DNA of 64,000 bases, from assembly GCA_035084275.1 (NCBI GenBank), contig CM068755.1, positions 11,408,001-11,472,000 of the forward strand, given 5' to 3'. The DNA comes from Hydrolagus colliei (taxonomy: Eukaryota). Position numbers and translations under genes: made by a program. The notes under the pieces were generated by a model that was not told where the DNA came from, did no database searches, and saw only the letters and a program-made list of their open reading frames with translations. Below are positions 49,301 to 60,200 of the stretch, in pieces. Each line of letters opens with the position of its first letter. Position 1 is the stretch's first letter.

Positions 49301-52300
49301 AGACACATTTGTTAATAAATCCGTCGTGTGCTTATGAAACTGTTAAAATATTGTGGGGGCTATTTGAATACTACTTAAAAATTGAAATAAACACTGCGGT
49401 TGAGTTTTCCTGCTAGATCTTATAACTATTATGCTCACTACCTTAGGAGAATTGGAACAAATCATGAACAAAAACAATGTTTTGAGTTCTAAACAATGTT
49501 CTGGATTAAGCCCAATAAAACAATTTCCGGTTTCTAACTTTCATAAACTATCTGGGTGGAAAAATCCAAAACCCAGCATTCCCCATGGCTCAATTGGTAA
49601 AGAGTTGTTTGTGCTGTACGATGAAATCATATGAAAGCCTTCAGTGTGTTAAACAGAACACAAGTCTTGCTGGAAAAACAAGAGGTTTCGCTATGAAGAC
49701 ATTACTGCAACCCTTTTGATCTCACCCTTCCTGAATACCCACCCTACCATTCTCCCATAACACTTTCAACTTTTTTTTTTCAAATGAGTCACTTTGAGAC
49801 GTAACAACGAACTGATAAGGTGCGATACCAAACACAAGGGTCATTTTTATTATGATTATTTAAAATATGATTGAATCCATATTCCAAAATTTGGCTCAGA
49901 AATTCGAGTCATATGATCATAATAAAAGGTCTTTTTTGAAAAGTGAACTTAATAAACGTGGATCTGTCAACAGACAAAGAATGTGTACAGTTCAATGAAT
50001 CCCTTTGAAAGATTATCAGCTGTAGAAAATATGAACTAAAGGACAAAACTCAGTGCTGGGAGTGGAAGAAAAACAAACTGTGAGGGAACGGCAGCTCAGT
50101 GGGAGCAGAACATACAATTTGAATTTGGCAACAGGAAAATTAGGCAAAACTCCAATAAGCACAACTCAGTAGCAGAATTATACTTCAAATATATAATACA
50201 TATACATATATATATATATCTATACTTTTGTGTATGTGATTTAAAGAAGCAGTTGGTTGGTATTATAAACTGTAATGTGGTCAATTTAATTTTGCGCATC
50301 GAGTATTTACATTTTCCCCACAAAATTCACTCAAATTGCAAATTTGATTTCTTACCACATACGTACGGGGCTTAACTGTCTGAACAAAGAGAGACAAAAT
50401 TGCTTTGCTTAAGTATCACTGAAAACATATAGATTTTCCCTGTTTACAATAACTAGTTCCAGTGAGACAAACACAGGGTTCAGTATTTAGCCCAAACTAA
50501 TCCAAGCTTCAGGGTCGAAATTCTCATCATAGTTCTTCCAACAGACTCGCATGCATTTAAATAAGATAATTAGCAAACATTCACATTGCTCATCCACACC
50601 ACTTTGCAGTGTATCCTGTGATACGCTTTGAGATGGCTCACTGACATGATAGTGCGCCATCAAATGCAAGGATTATTATGATTCCTTATTCAAAGAAATG
50701 TGATTTAAAAAAAGCATTGCATTCTGAGCATACCTACAAAGTTCACATTCATGGAGGCAGAAACAATTCGAGAATCACTGTGAATCAGACACTTGAACCG
50801 CTCGGTCATCGTGTCAAAGAATGTGTTCACTTCCAGAACCCTTCCTCCATTTAGTATTTTGTATTCGAGGCCTGGAACATCCTGAATGGACTGGTTCCTA
50901 AAGATCCAGCTCACTGTAGCTCTGTGCTTAGCAGTCACTGGGCACCCTAATGAACACATATGAAGAACCAGGTTTAGATCAATGTGAAATGACAATTACA
51001 TTAAGGTTCCTTATTGTTATTAACAATATTTTTATTATGGGTGTGCATTCAGTACTCTACAAAACCAACAGAGATTCGGAATACTCTATTTCCAATAGAA
51101 TTTTAAATCAGAAACATAACATATTAATTTTTGTTCCTGAGGCATACTTGGAAGGAGCGTAACACAGCTTGTGAGCAGCGTAAAACTGAAGAGACATGGT
51201 GCCTCCCTGGTGATCATAAATGGAACATTAGAGACAGAATCAATCTACTCCTTGCAGCAATAACGGGTTTAAAAAAAATACCGTGTACATCATAGACATT
51301 TGTAATATTTTAATGAGACTGATTGCTGTTAGAAAAACACTGTAGCACTGTGTGTGTGGTTGCAAAAGTGATGAAAGAACGATGGAAACGAAGTTTAACC
51401 ATGCAAGCATACATGCATATGCACACACTCTCACACACACACACCTCTCTAATGAAGGGAGAGATTTTTTTTAATGAGTAGGCAAACTGCTGGAAAACTA
51501 ATGCATCAGCTCTCAGACAGACAAGCCCCCGAGTATTTATGTGGTGGGCCTGCTCTCACCCGGAGATCACACATTTCCTCATGATGATTGCTGATGTTGC
51601 TGCTCTGATGTAATTAAAACCAAGCATTTTCTTCTGCTGCAGCATTTTAAATAGCACATTTTATGTGCGTGGACCTTTTCACCCCTGTAATAAGGGGGAC
51701 TCCTCTAATTATCAGTTCCAGTTTGACAGCTCGGAATAAATGGAGGAGTTTCCAGGTGTCGGACACTTTGCCGATGGGCTAATGAGGCCAGCTTCAGTGC
51801 TGTTCACTGCGCTCTTGTGTGGAAGGAGGTTGCCCCATTTCCAAAATCGGTTTGAAAAGTCTCGTTGATTTCCTGTCGAGTTCAAAAATGCCATGTTCCA
51901 CAGCAGATTCCACCTTTACGGAATGTACGACAGGATCTGTTATGAGATATTACATTTTGGCAACCGCAGTATTCCTAAAGACTGTCTGCCCACTGCATCT
52001 CAGGACTTCAACACAATGTTAGCAAACAAAGACAGTTCAAAAATTTTCAGGCCACCACCTTGGTTTCCTCATTAGCTGTGTTTGCCTGAAGCCAGCCTTT
52101 CATTCCTATTTTCCGAGGATACTGTCCAAATTAATATACCGTGAAGTTACATGATCATAATCATTCATTTCAGCACAGAAATCTTCAACCACATCCACAT
52201 TAAAACCAATCAGTATGAATTTAGAAGATTAATCTTTACACAATCCTTACACTTTTAAAACAGCTTGGCTGCAGTTAGATGTATAGTAATTGTATTGTCC

Positions 52301-55300
52301 CTTTGAAACATAGCTAAGTGCAAACCTACCTATTCGTAACACATCACCACGTTTGACTGTAATGGTGGAACCAGCCCAGGATGCCATCAAGACACGCTTT
52401 CTTCCTTTCTCACGACGAGATGCCACAGATGGTGGAAATATTCTTTGCTCTTAAAGGAAAGTTTTGGAGCATTTAATATCCTTTTAGCATTTTCATAAAC
52501 ATTTTTCACCTACTTTCTTCCTTTACAACCTCTTGCTGAAAGATTTCTTGCTGAAGCGGAGAGGGCAGAGCTGACCGCAATGCGTGATGTGAAAGATGTA
52601 AGGTTTTTAAAAAGGTACTTACTGGCAAATTTAAGAAATGAAGATGCGATTGCTTCCCCAACATCATTTGTTGCTATACAAGAATAGGTCCCACGGTTTG
52701 CAAGCGTCACATTTGTTAGCACCAGAGATCCATTCTGAAGGACAGCGGAATTATTGCCTAAGGAACCACCCTTTTTCTGCCATATAATCTTGGGTTTAGG
52801 CATACCTGTCAAAAAAGTATTAACCTTTAGTCTCATTGAAGTATAAACCTTCATTATTAGGCCTTTCTGTTTCTTTTGGCTAAGTTTCTTAACTACGTTC
52901 CATTACATCCATATGTACAAATATGTTCTACTACATTCATCTGTCAGCTATATAGCATTGTAATTCATATAGTTTATTAACAGAATGAAACCCGATCTAA
53001 ATAACTTTTTTGCAACAAGACATAGGGAATATAATTCTAAAAATTGAAAGCACCCAAAGTGAAAATAACCAGAGACATTCCAACAGTTAAGAGATCTATA
53101 ACAAACATTAGTTTAATGACTAGGACTATATTTAACGTTCCTCCCAATAACAGTTGGACAGTGGCTGTGCGATAAAGGTACAAAAGAAAGTACTCGCTAT
53201 GGCAGATTTCAGTTTGATTTATTTTTTCTGCACAACACAATGTATGCAAAGACCGAGCCAGAATGTTAGTCTGCAGTAAATGAAGGACTGATTGAAATTA
53301 AGATGGGTACAAATGTTTGCTGCCAAAATGACCAACTGTCCATGAGAGTTTCTTCTTGTTTTGCATTGGACTACTTTTCACTCGAGTAGCATGTTAAACT
53401 CAGCATCTTAAACCTGTTGCAATTGTAAATTCTGACTCAGAAATCAAATGGTTGAAGCCTAACAGCAAAAAGCAAACCATTAATCATTTTTTTCGTTCTA
53501 TTTTCATTGACGCTGAGAGGGACAAGTTTCCAGCTGCTAATGATGTCAGCAGTACATAATTCTGAAAAGCTGAAAAGCTGCCACACAAATTATACAAATC
53601 GTATCACATTATGATGTAGCACATTGAGGCGCTTGGCGTATCACAATGCCTTTTTCGTAAAAGGTCACCATTCAACTAAAACATATTTTGGATTTGTGCA
53701 CATCTGTTGTATACATAGTTGAAAGATTTTTGTTTCTAACTGTAACTAGTCATTTTTGTTATTCCTTCGTGTTCAAAAATCAAACTCCAGCTGATTCATA
53801 TTACACATGAAACATATATAACTGAGTCAAACCTCAGCAAATCCCTATTAAAACAAATGCACTTCTATAAGATTATGTAATAAATAAGAGTTAAACCCGC
53901 AATGCTATCAATCTCATTTCGTCTCCTCAAATATTTCTCAGTTTGATTTATTTTTTTCCCGTCTGCTTGTCCAACTTGAAGAAAAGTAAATAATCTTGCC
54001 TCTGCATTTAACTGTAAGGACAGCGTAACCCAAAACGATTTGAGTAAACTGCTCATTTTAATGATGATCTAAAGTATCTCCACAGCAGCAAAATTTGTTC
54101 ATGATTCCATCGTGCAGCAAAATAGTATTTATGAAATTCAAACACTGACCAGACTGGAAAAAGCTCCACTTCCAGCTTTTTGAACCGATTAATCCTATCA
54201 CAAGGGGCACAACAGTGACAGTTTCCATATTGCAATACACATTTAAATTTAGCATTAAGGTCCTGACATAATTTGTCAAGCCAGGCCAGCATCTGGTCTA
54301 ACATATTGTTTACATAACAACACATGGCGAGCTGAATTACCCTTGTGAGTCAGTTAGAAACTATGGTACCCAACCCAGTTACTTGAGTGTGTTGTTATTT
54401 GTGGCCCCTTTTGTTTACAGTACTGTATTACCACCAACCTTGCCCAAGACAGCAGTGTTTTCTTTAAATGAGGCAACATTAGGCTATGGGGAGCGGGCAG
54501 GGCAGTGGGATTGAATCGCTCTTTTCAAAGAGCCGGCACAGACTAGATGGGCCGAATGGCCTCCTTTTGTGCCGTAAAATTCTATGAATCTATGAAACAT
54601 GGTTAGCTCTGAAAATAGTCAACTAGTCTCAAGGTGGACTTCCATCCCTGCTCGGGCGCTGACAACATCAGCGTTCAAGGCTGCTCTCTCCACCTCTCGA
54701 AGCCAATCAGGAATCTGGGTGTCTTGTTCGACCCCGAGCTATCCTTCCTTCTCCACATCTGCTCCATGACCAGCACAGCCTTCCATCACCTCCGCAATAT
54801 TGCCAGACTCCGCCACTACCTCACTCCCCATGCCGCCGAAACTTTCATTCACGTCTTTATCACTTCCAAGCTCGACTACGGGAACTCTCTCCTCGTTGGC
54901 CTCCCCAGTTCCTCCCTTCACAGGCTGCAGATCATTCAGAACTCTGCAGCTCATGTACTCTCCCATACCAGGCTTCGTGACCACCCTCGCCCACCCTCAC
55001 CCATCTCCACTGGCTCCCCGTCACCCAGAGGATTGAATTCAAGATCCTTGTCCTCACTTTCAAGGCCATTCACGGCCTTGCCCCCACCTATCTCTCTGAC
55101 CTACTGTCTCCCTATCAACCTGCCCGCACCCTCCGTTCAGCAGACTCAGGCCTGCTCCGCGTCCACCGCCCTAACTGCCCAACCATCGCTGGCCGGGCTT
55201 TCAGCCTCTCTGCTCCCACACTGTGGAATTCCATTCCGCAGCCCCTCCGCCTTACCTCCTCCCTTTCCTCCTTTAAGGCCGGTCAAGACCTTCCTCTTCG

Positions 55301-57293
55301 ACCGCGCCTTCGGCTGCCCCACTAACTCTTCCCCCTCTCCCTCTCTCCTTCCTCTTCCCCTTACCCCGACCCTCCCCACCAACCTGCTCGGGTCCCGACC
55401 AGACTGTTCAGCGCTTTGGGACGTCCTCCCGACGTGAAAGGCGCTATATAAGTGCAATTTTGTTGTTGTTGTTGTTGTTCTCTGAACAACACTCCCTGAA
55501 TGTGTCTTGGTCACTTTGACAGGACAGCAACACTGGGTTTAGTAGCATCATTGTACTGTACAGCACTTCCCAGTGTATGTGCAGTTGTTTCCATGTTCCC
55601 TCTGGTTGCCACGCGTACGGCCACCCCAAAGCATTTGAACTGGTCAGAAGCAGTCAGAAGCTGAAGAAAGTATTGGGGGCATTCTTCCACACGTGGTTGC
55701 ATATTTGATCAAATCCAGAAAGAGCACATGCCTTCAATAAAATCATTTTCCCCTTTTCAAAGACAGTAAAAAGTCGGAAGAACGCCATAACTTACAAGTG
55801 GCGTTTTATGAGCCGGTTTTTCCATCATACAACATAAACAATGGGGTTCTATGCCTCGTGCTTATGTGGAAGCCACAGACATGCAATTTGCGTGCAGAAC
55901 GGTGGGAGACCTGCAATGCAGGAAACTGATACATTGTGTGATAAATTCTTTGAGCAGTCCAGTGTCAGAGTGAAAAGTGAGCAGGTTACTCTAGTTTTAC
56001 AGAAGTCAAAGCTTAAAAAAGTCCCGTGAGTGGTCCAGGACAAGGATTTTTAGATTCCCTTAAGGTGCTGCACTTTCAATGCCACAGATTAATCAGGATC
56101 TTGGCAAATTGCAAGACTGTAATACATTTATATGTAGCAATAAAACTGTCCTAATAGTTCAATTGTTCACGAAAGACGACTTGCGCTTTAAGGTGAGAAA
56201 TTGCAAATTCAGAAAAGATTACACATACCTGTATACTTCTCTCCCCAGGCCCTCCCCACCCACACAGACTCACCTTCTGCTGGGCATTCAATTGTGATGG
56301 TTGCCTGAAGTCGAGTAAATATAGCACTGCCAACAACTGCAGATAAATGCCACGTTGAAAGGTTTGTGATATTTACTCTGGAGAGTCTGATAATAGGTAT
56401 TTCTGAAGACCAAAGGGAAAATTACAGTTATGGAGTCATTTCATGGTTATTTTCGGGATATTGCTGTGCATAAAATAGTTGCAAGATTCACCAACAAATA
56501 CACAGTCACTACACTTCACAGAGAAACTCTGTCAAGCATTTTGAGGCATTTGATGTTTTAAATGAGGTATCGAATACAAGAATTATCATAATAAAGTTTG
56601 ATGGATTATAATAATGGATGAATAGTCTGGGTGGATAATTATACCTTAATACAAAATGAAAATTGAATTACTTGTATTGAGAAAGACTGAGTAAGAGAAA
56701 GAACATTTATTATATTTCATAAATCCACCTCTTTAAATTATGAAGTCACAATATTTTGCTCTGTGACATACCACAATAACTTGCACTTATTCAGTGGGAC
56801 GTCCTTCCGATGTTTTATGTAATCATGTAATAAATATTGGGATATATCAGATATAACATGAGTTATTATATTTTTAGTATGGGGATATCACAATTTAAAA
56901 AGACAATATGATGATCATTAATTCTATTAATGTTTTATAACACTATAGGTGCCAGTATAGGCATATTTGTATTGGCATAATAAAACATATCCAATATAGT
57001 GCAATATATGCACAATATTGCATTTATATAGTTTCTTTCACATCATGAGGACGTCCCAAAGGCGCTGGATTCAAAATATTTCCTAAATTCTGATTTTTAC
57101 ATATTATTGCTGTAACCTTAATTTATATTCCAGGAAATGTTTAACAAAATGAAGTCGCAAATGACCTGAATACAACAGTAATGATGTTTCAGTATCTGTC
57201 CCCAATTCACTCGATATTGTACATGCGTAAAGGCCAGCATCTTGGCGAGAGAAGTTCTGGATCTGAAGTCTTGCAGAACCAAGCAGTGTAATC
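40267..57293 (-). CDS. ADAMTSL3: ADAMTS-like protein 3 (punctin-2), 3' part; join(57166-57293,56274-56402,52623-52805,52330-52449,50734-50946,48435-48618,44209-44416,42035-42144,40591-40805,40267-40382); I found no further upstream exon in the window, so the rest probably lies beyond the right edge
   Basis: Ten phase-consistent exons encode Ig-like domains, TSP1 repeats (WxxCTATCG) and a C-terminal PLAC domain ([30 protein letters not shown]). WQKKGGSL...NGSL...GTYSCIATN and [10 protein letters not shown] resemble ADAMTSL3 more than ADAMTSL1, and linkage to SAXO2/EFL1 agrees. Confidence 0.88.
40591..40805 (-). CDS. ADAMTSL3: ADAMTSL3 exon, last TSP1 repeat (PVSARRC...[20 protein letters not shown]...CNVTSCD)
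   Basis: TCTCAG acceptor, GTAAGT donor. Confidence 0.93.
42035..42144 (-). CDS. ADAMTSL3: ADAMTSL3 exon ([19 protein letters not shown]...CDETK)
   Basis: CTGCAG acceptor, GTACCG donor. Confidence 0.88.
43243..43580 (-). mobile_element. tRNA-derived SINE (same family)
   Basis: Partial head with B box, body and tail. Confidence 0.82.
44209..44416 (-). CDS. ADAMTSL3: ADAMTSL3 exon, TSP1 repeat ([16 protein letters not shown]...WEE)
   Basis: CTCCAG acceptor, GTAAGG donor. Confidence 0.92.
46873..47290 (-). mobile_element. Degenerate L2 3' fragment
   Basis: [14 protein letters not shown] resembles [14 protein letters not shown]; tail present. Confidence 0.75.
48435..48618 (-). CDS. ADAMTSL3: ADAMTSL3 exon, TSP1 repeat ([19 protein letters not shown]...DCPAR)
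   Basis: Tandem AAGCAG acceptor, GTATGC donor. Confidence 0.92.
50734..50946 (-). CDS. ADAMTSL3: ADAMTSL3 exon, divergent Ig-like domain ([14 protein letters not shown]...RFKCLI...NFV)
   Basis: TAG acceptor, GTATGC donor, C...W...C Ig core. Confidence 0.85.
52330..52449 (-). CDS. ADAMTSL3: ADAMTSL3 exon, linker and start of extra Ig domain (QRIFPP...GDVLRI)
   Basis: TTTCCTTTAAG acceptor, GTAGGT donor, 120 nt open and in phase. Confidence 0.82.
52623..52805 (-). CDS. ADAMTSL3: ADAMTSL3 exon, Ig domain ([16 protein letters not shown]...LKFA)
   Basis: GACAG acceptor, GTAAGT donor. Confidence 0.92.
54470..54597 (+). mobile_element. CR1-type LINE 3' end
   Basis: gatgggccgaatggcctcc...attctatgaatctatga tail. 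Confidence 0.75.
54640..55479 (+). mobile_element. 5'-truncated L2 LINE, frameshifted, with (TTG)n tail
   Basis: [17 protein letters not shown] and [14 protein letters not shown] match the 16.5-17.9 kb copy; frameshift near 54985; pyrimidine-rich 3' UTR; TTGTTG tail. Confidence 0.93.
56274..56402 (-). CDS. ADAMTSL3: ADAMTSL3 exon, Ig domain N-part ([12 protein letters not shown]...TIECPAE)
   Basis: TTCAG acceptor, GTGAGT donor, in phase. Confidence 0.88.
57166..57293 (-). CDS. ADAMTSL3: ADAMTSL3 exon, Ig domain C-half ([24 protein letters not shown]...LLYS)
   Basis: TTTGCAG acceptor, weak GTCATT donor, DxGxYxC motif. Confidence 0.88.
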
Positions 57294-60200
57294 CTGCAAA
57301 ATTAATGGGAAAATACATTATTGGCATTTAGTAATTCATTGCAAAGCAAATGTACTAAACAGTCTTGTACTGGCTCATATTAAATTGAGCTTTATAGCTT
57401 TTAAACACTTAAAACATGATTATACCCTTGACATTTTAACATATTACTTCATGTTATTTCAGTTGGCCAGAGAAAAGGCATAGCGTAGATCAAATAATGG
57501 AAGCCCTATTTTGCAACCCTCAAATGCCTTACAAATAATATGCCGATGCAGTGTGCTGCTTTATACATCCAGCACTATGAGCTTATGGGGTCCAGTGGGA
57601 GTCATTGTAACTTAGGCACTTTATTAATGCACTTTGAATACTATTTGACTAGAAGTTAACTAATGTGATACGACCCGAAGTCCTCCCTCCCATCGACAAC
57701 AAATGAAAGAATGAAAAATTAGGAAACGAGAAAGAAATGGAATTTAAAAAAAACACAATTCATCGTTTCGATTCACAAGAACGCAGCGCAACGGCTAATA
57801 GATCATGGGATCTGGGGAATATAATCAGAACTAGAATACAGCAATTTAATCAAGTGCTCATGATGTTTCGGAGGTTCTGACATGCAGTATCTGTCAGCAT
57901 TCATATTCTCAAACTTTCACTGCAGTTAATAACTTGGCCTACTTTAGTTTATACCTAGCAAAGTCGCATGAGAAAGCCAGCCCTTTACTTTCACTTATCT
58001 ATCAGATAAATGAGCCTTCTTCTAACATTAGAATCTGGGCTTGTGCTATGTCAAACAGTTATAAAATGCAACTAATATCAAGAATAGCTGCGTGGAGTGA
58101 TATCTTTTTGGCCTGTACAGCGGAGTACGATACTGGTCAAACCATATTTTCCTCTAGAAGAGGGAAAGCGTTCCTGAAATACTTCGGAAAGATGATATTT
58201 AAAATCTGGTTACTTAAGATCCCTGAAAGCTCAACGCATAAATACAAAGTAAAGTAGGAAGTGCAGCATTAATCAGGGTTTCTGTTCCACATTGCTCCAT
58301 TTCTGTCACTTTGCTCCCAGCACCATTCTTACCTTCGTATGCATTCCTCGGAGCAGTTTAGTGACACCAGGGTACTGTGGCCAAACAAAACACACTTCTA
58401 TTTCAAATTTGCCTGCAAAACACACAGTCACTTTGTTTTATAGTATAGCCCGTGAAGAGCTTTGAAATGTCTCCCTGCCTTTAGAAGTTAATTATTTTTT
58501 ATTATGAATAGAAAATTCTCTAAATGCACAAAGACATATGAGGGGAAGCGGCATGAGATGATTTAGCACATGACTGGCATCTGCAGCATGGAAGAGTTTA
58601 TTGCTTGTTTTTTGAGCCAGGGAAGTACTTCTTGAAAACAGCAATGGACTTGAGGGGGAGAAAACAAAACTAGTGGTTGAAATGACAATCAAGTAATATG
58701 ATTGAATAGAAATAAGAGACTCCACTTGTACTGGGGAATTGAAGGGGGTGCCAACTGAAGGACTTGATACGTTAACTTTGTAAGCTTCATTCTTTGTAAA
58801 GTAAAACTAATCATTTATTAGTTTTCTAATTCTATTAGAAAATCACGTCACACAAAACATGTGCTCTGAGTGATATTTAAGTTGGCTTCAAAGGCTAGTA
58901 AATAACCTTCAACTTTGAAAGGTTTTTAGTCTGGTTTTTAAAGGTTCTGTTTAATCTTGCATGTAACAGTCAGATCTATTTTGATGTTAATGCTGAAATG
59001 ATTATTTATACCAACCTTCCAAGTTTTGCTCAGTACCCTTTGTTACTTTTTAACATCTTTTAAAATATACAAAAGGAATGCAAAGTGCACAACCATTATT
59101 AATAGCCCGTGTAACTTAAGTTAGTATTCCTCCCCACACATTCAAATTTAAAATAAATACGATTCACCAGGAATGTGAATCTTGTCCCTCAGCCAAGTGC
59201 TTGTATGTTTAGTTACCAGTTATTGTTTCCCACTAAATATAATTTCTTGAGCTACATATATATCACTTGTACAGTGGTTACTACTTCATACAAGTAATCA
59301 ATCTACAAATGTCTACATAGCATCTTACAATCATTTCCTTTGTCCCACAGCGGCAGAAAAGCAATCTTGAAGTTCTGGCATGTCATCTAAAAAACATTTT
59401 GAGCTTAGAAGCTTTGGCAAGGATGAACTAATGATAATGACTACTCTAAGAACTGCCTACACCTCCTCCATTTGTACTGTAACAGGTATGTCCGGGTTTT
59501 GTACAAAGGTTTGTCTGTGGAAAGAAGCAATTGAGCGATCCAAAGTTATTATGGCTTGGCACAGAATGAAGCTGCTCAGCAGTTAGTTGCGGGGAGTGGT
59601 AGGAGCTTCTGCAGTACAGTGGCACGTACAGAAGGAAAGCTGTGAGAAAAAAGTAAAAGGAACATCAAAGTGGTGACATACGGGTGAGAATGATTGATCA
59701 AGTAGTGAAGATTGAACAAGATCGAGAAACAGAATTAAAACCACTATGGACAGGCAGGGAAGAAAGCAAGATTTAAAAACAAAACACCAGACAGCAACAT
59801 ATTGATTGGATGCGTGTCCCCCAAAAAATAAAGGTTTGAACTTCCTCCGAACCAATTTCATCACATCAGAAAAAATAAGTTACTCATGTTTTGAAATACA
59901 ATTCACTTGTTTTTTGTTCACGTTTTGTGAACGTGGAGCAGTTTAAATAGCAAGGAAGACAACCCAGCCTATGCAGTGATGTGCAGTGTGCAATGTCTAA
60001 AATACAGACCAAAAAGACCAAAAGCTACTGCAAATAAGGTCCAGAAGTACTTCTTTAACCACACTTCTTTAACTGGCGGGACACAATTTGCAGAACAGAA
60101 TATTTTTGGCAGGTAATGAAACCTCAGCTCACTTGAGCCGGAGCTACATTTAGCTGAATTTTCCTCCTAACCGTCTCAATCTAAAGCTCTTCCTACCAAG

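Noticed and set aside
51575-51612. C/D-box snoRNA-like motifs (ATGATGA...CTGA)
   Set aside because: Boxes are too close together, antisense to the host gene, and lack a terminal stem.
51712-51915. Protein-like minus-strand ORF in an ADAMTSL3 intron (possible alternative last exon)
   Set aside because: There is an upstream in-frame stop at ~51916, no convincing acceptor and no recognisable homology. It might be conserved non-coding DNA, but I cannot show that.
55505-55560. CPVK-like codons resembling the expected Ig exon
   Set aside because: In-frame stops and no GT donor; the real exon is 56274-56402.
59160-59240. WLRDK segment as the next upstream ADAMTSL3 Ig exon
   Set aside because: Wrong phase and an in-frame stop shortly upstream; the true exon probably lies outside the window.
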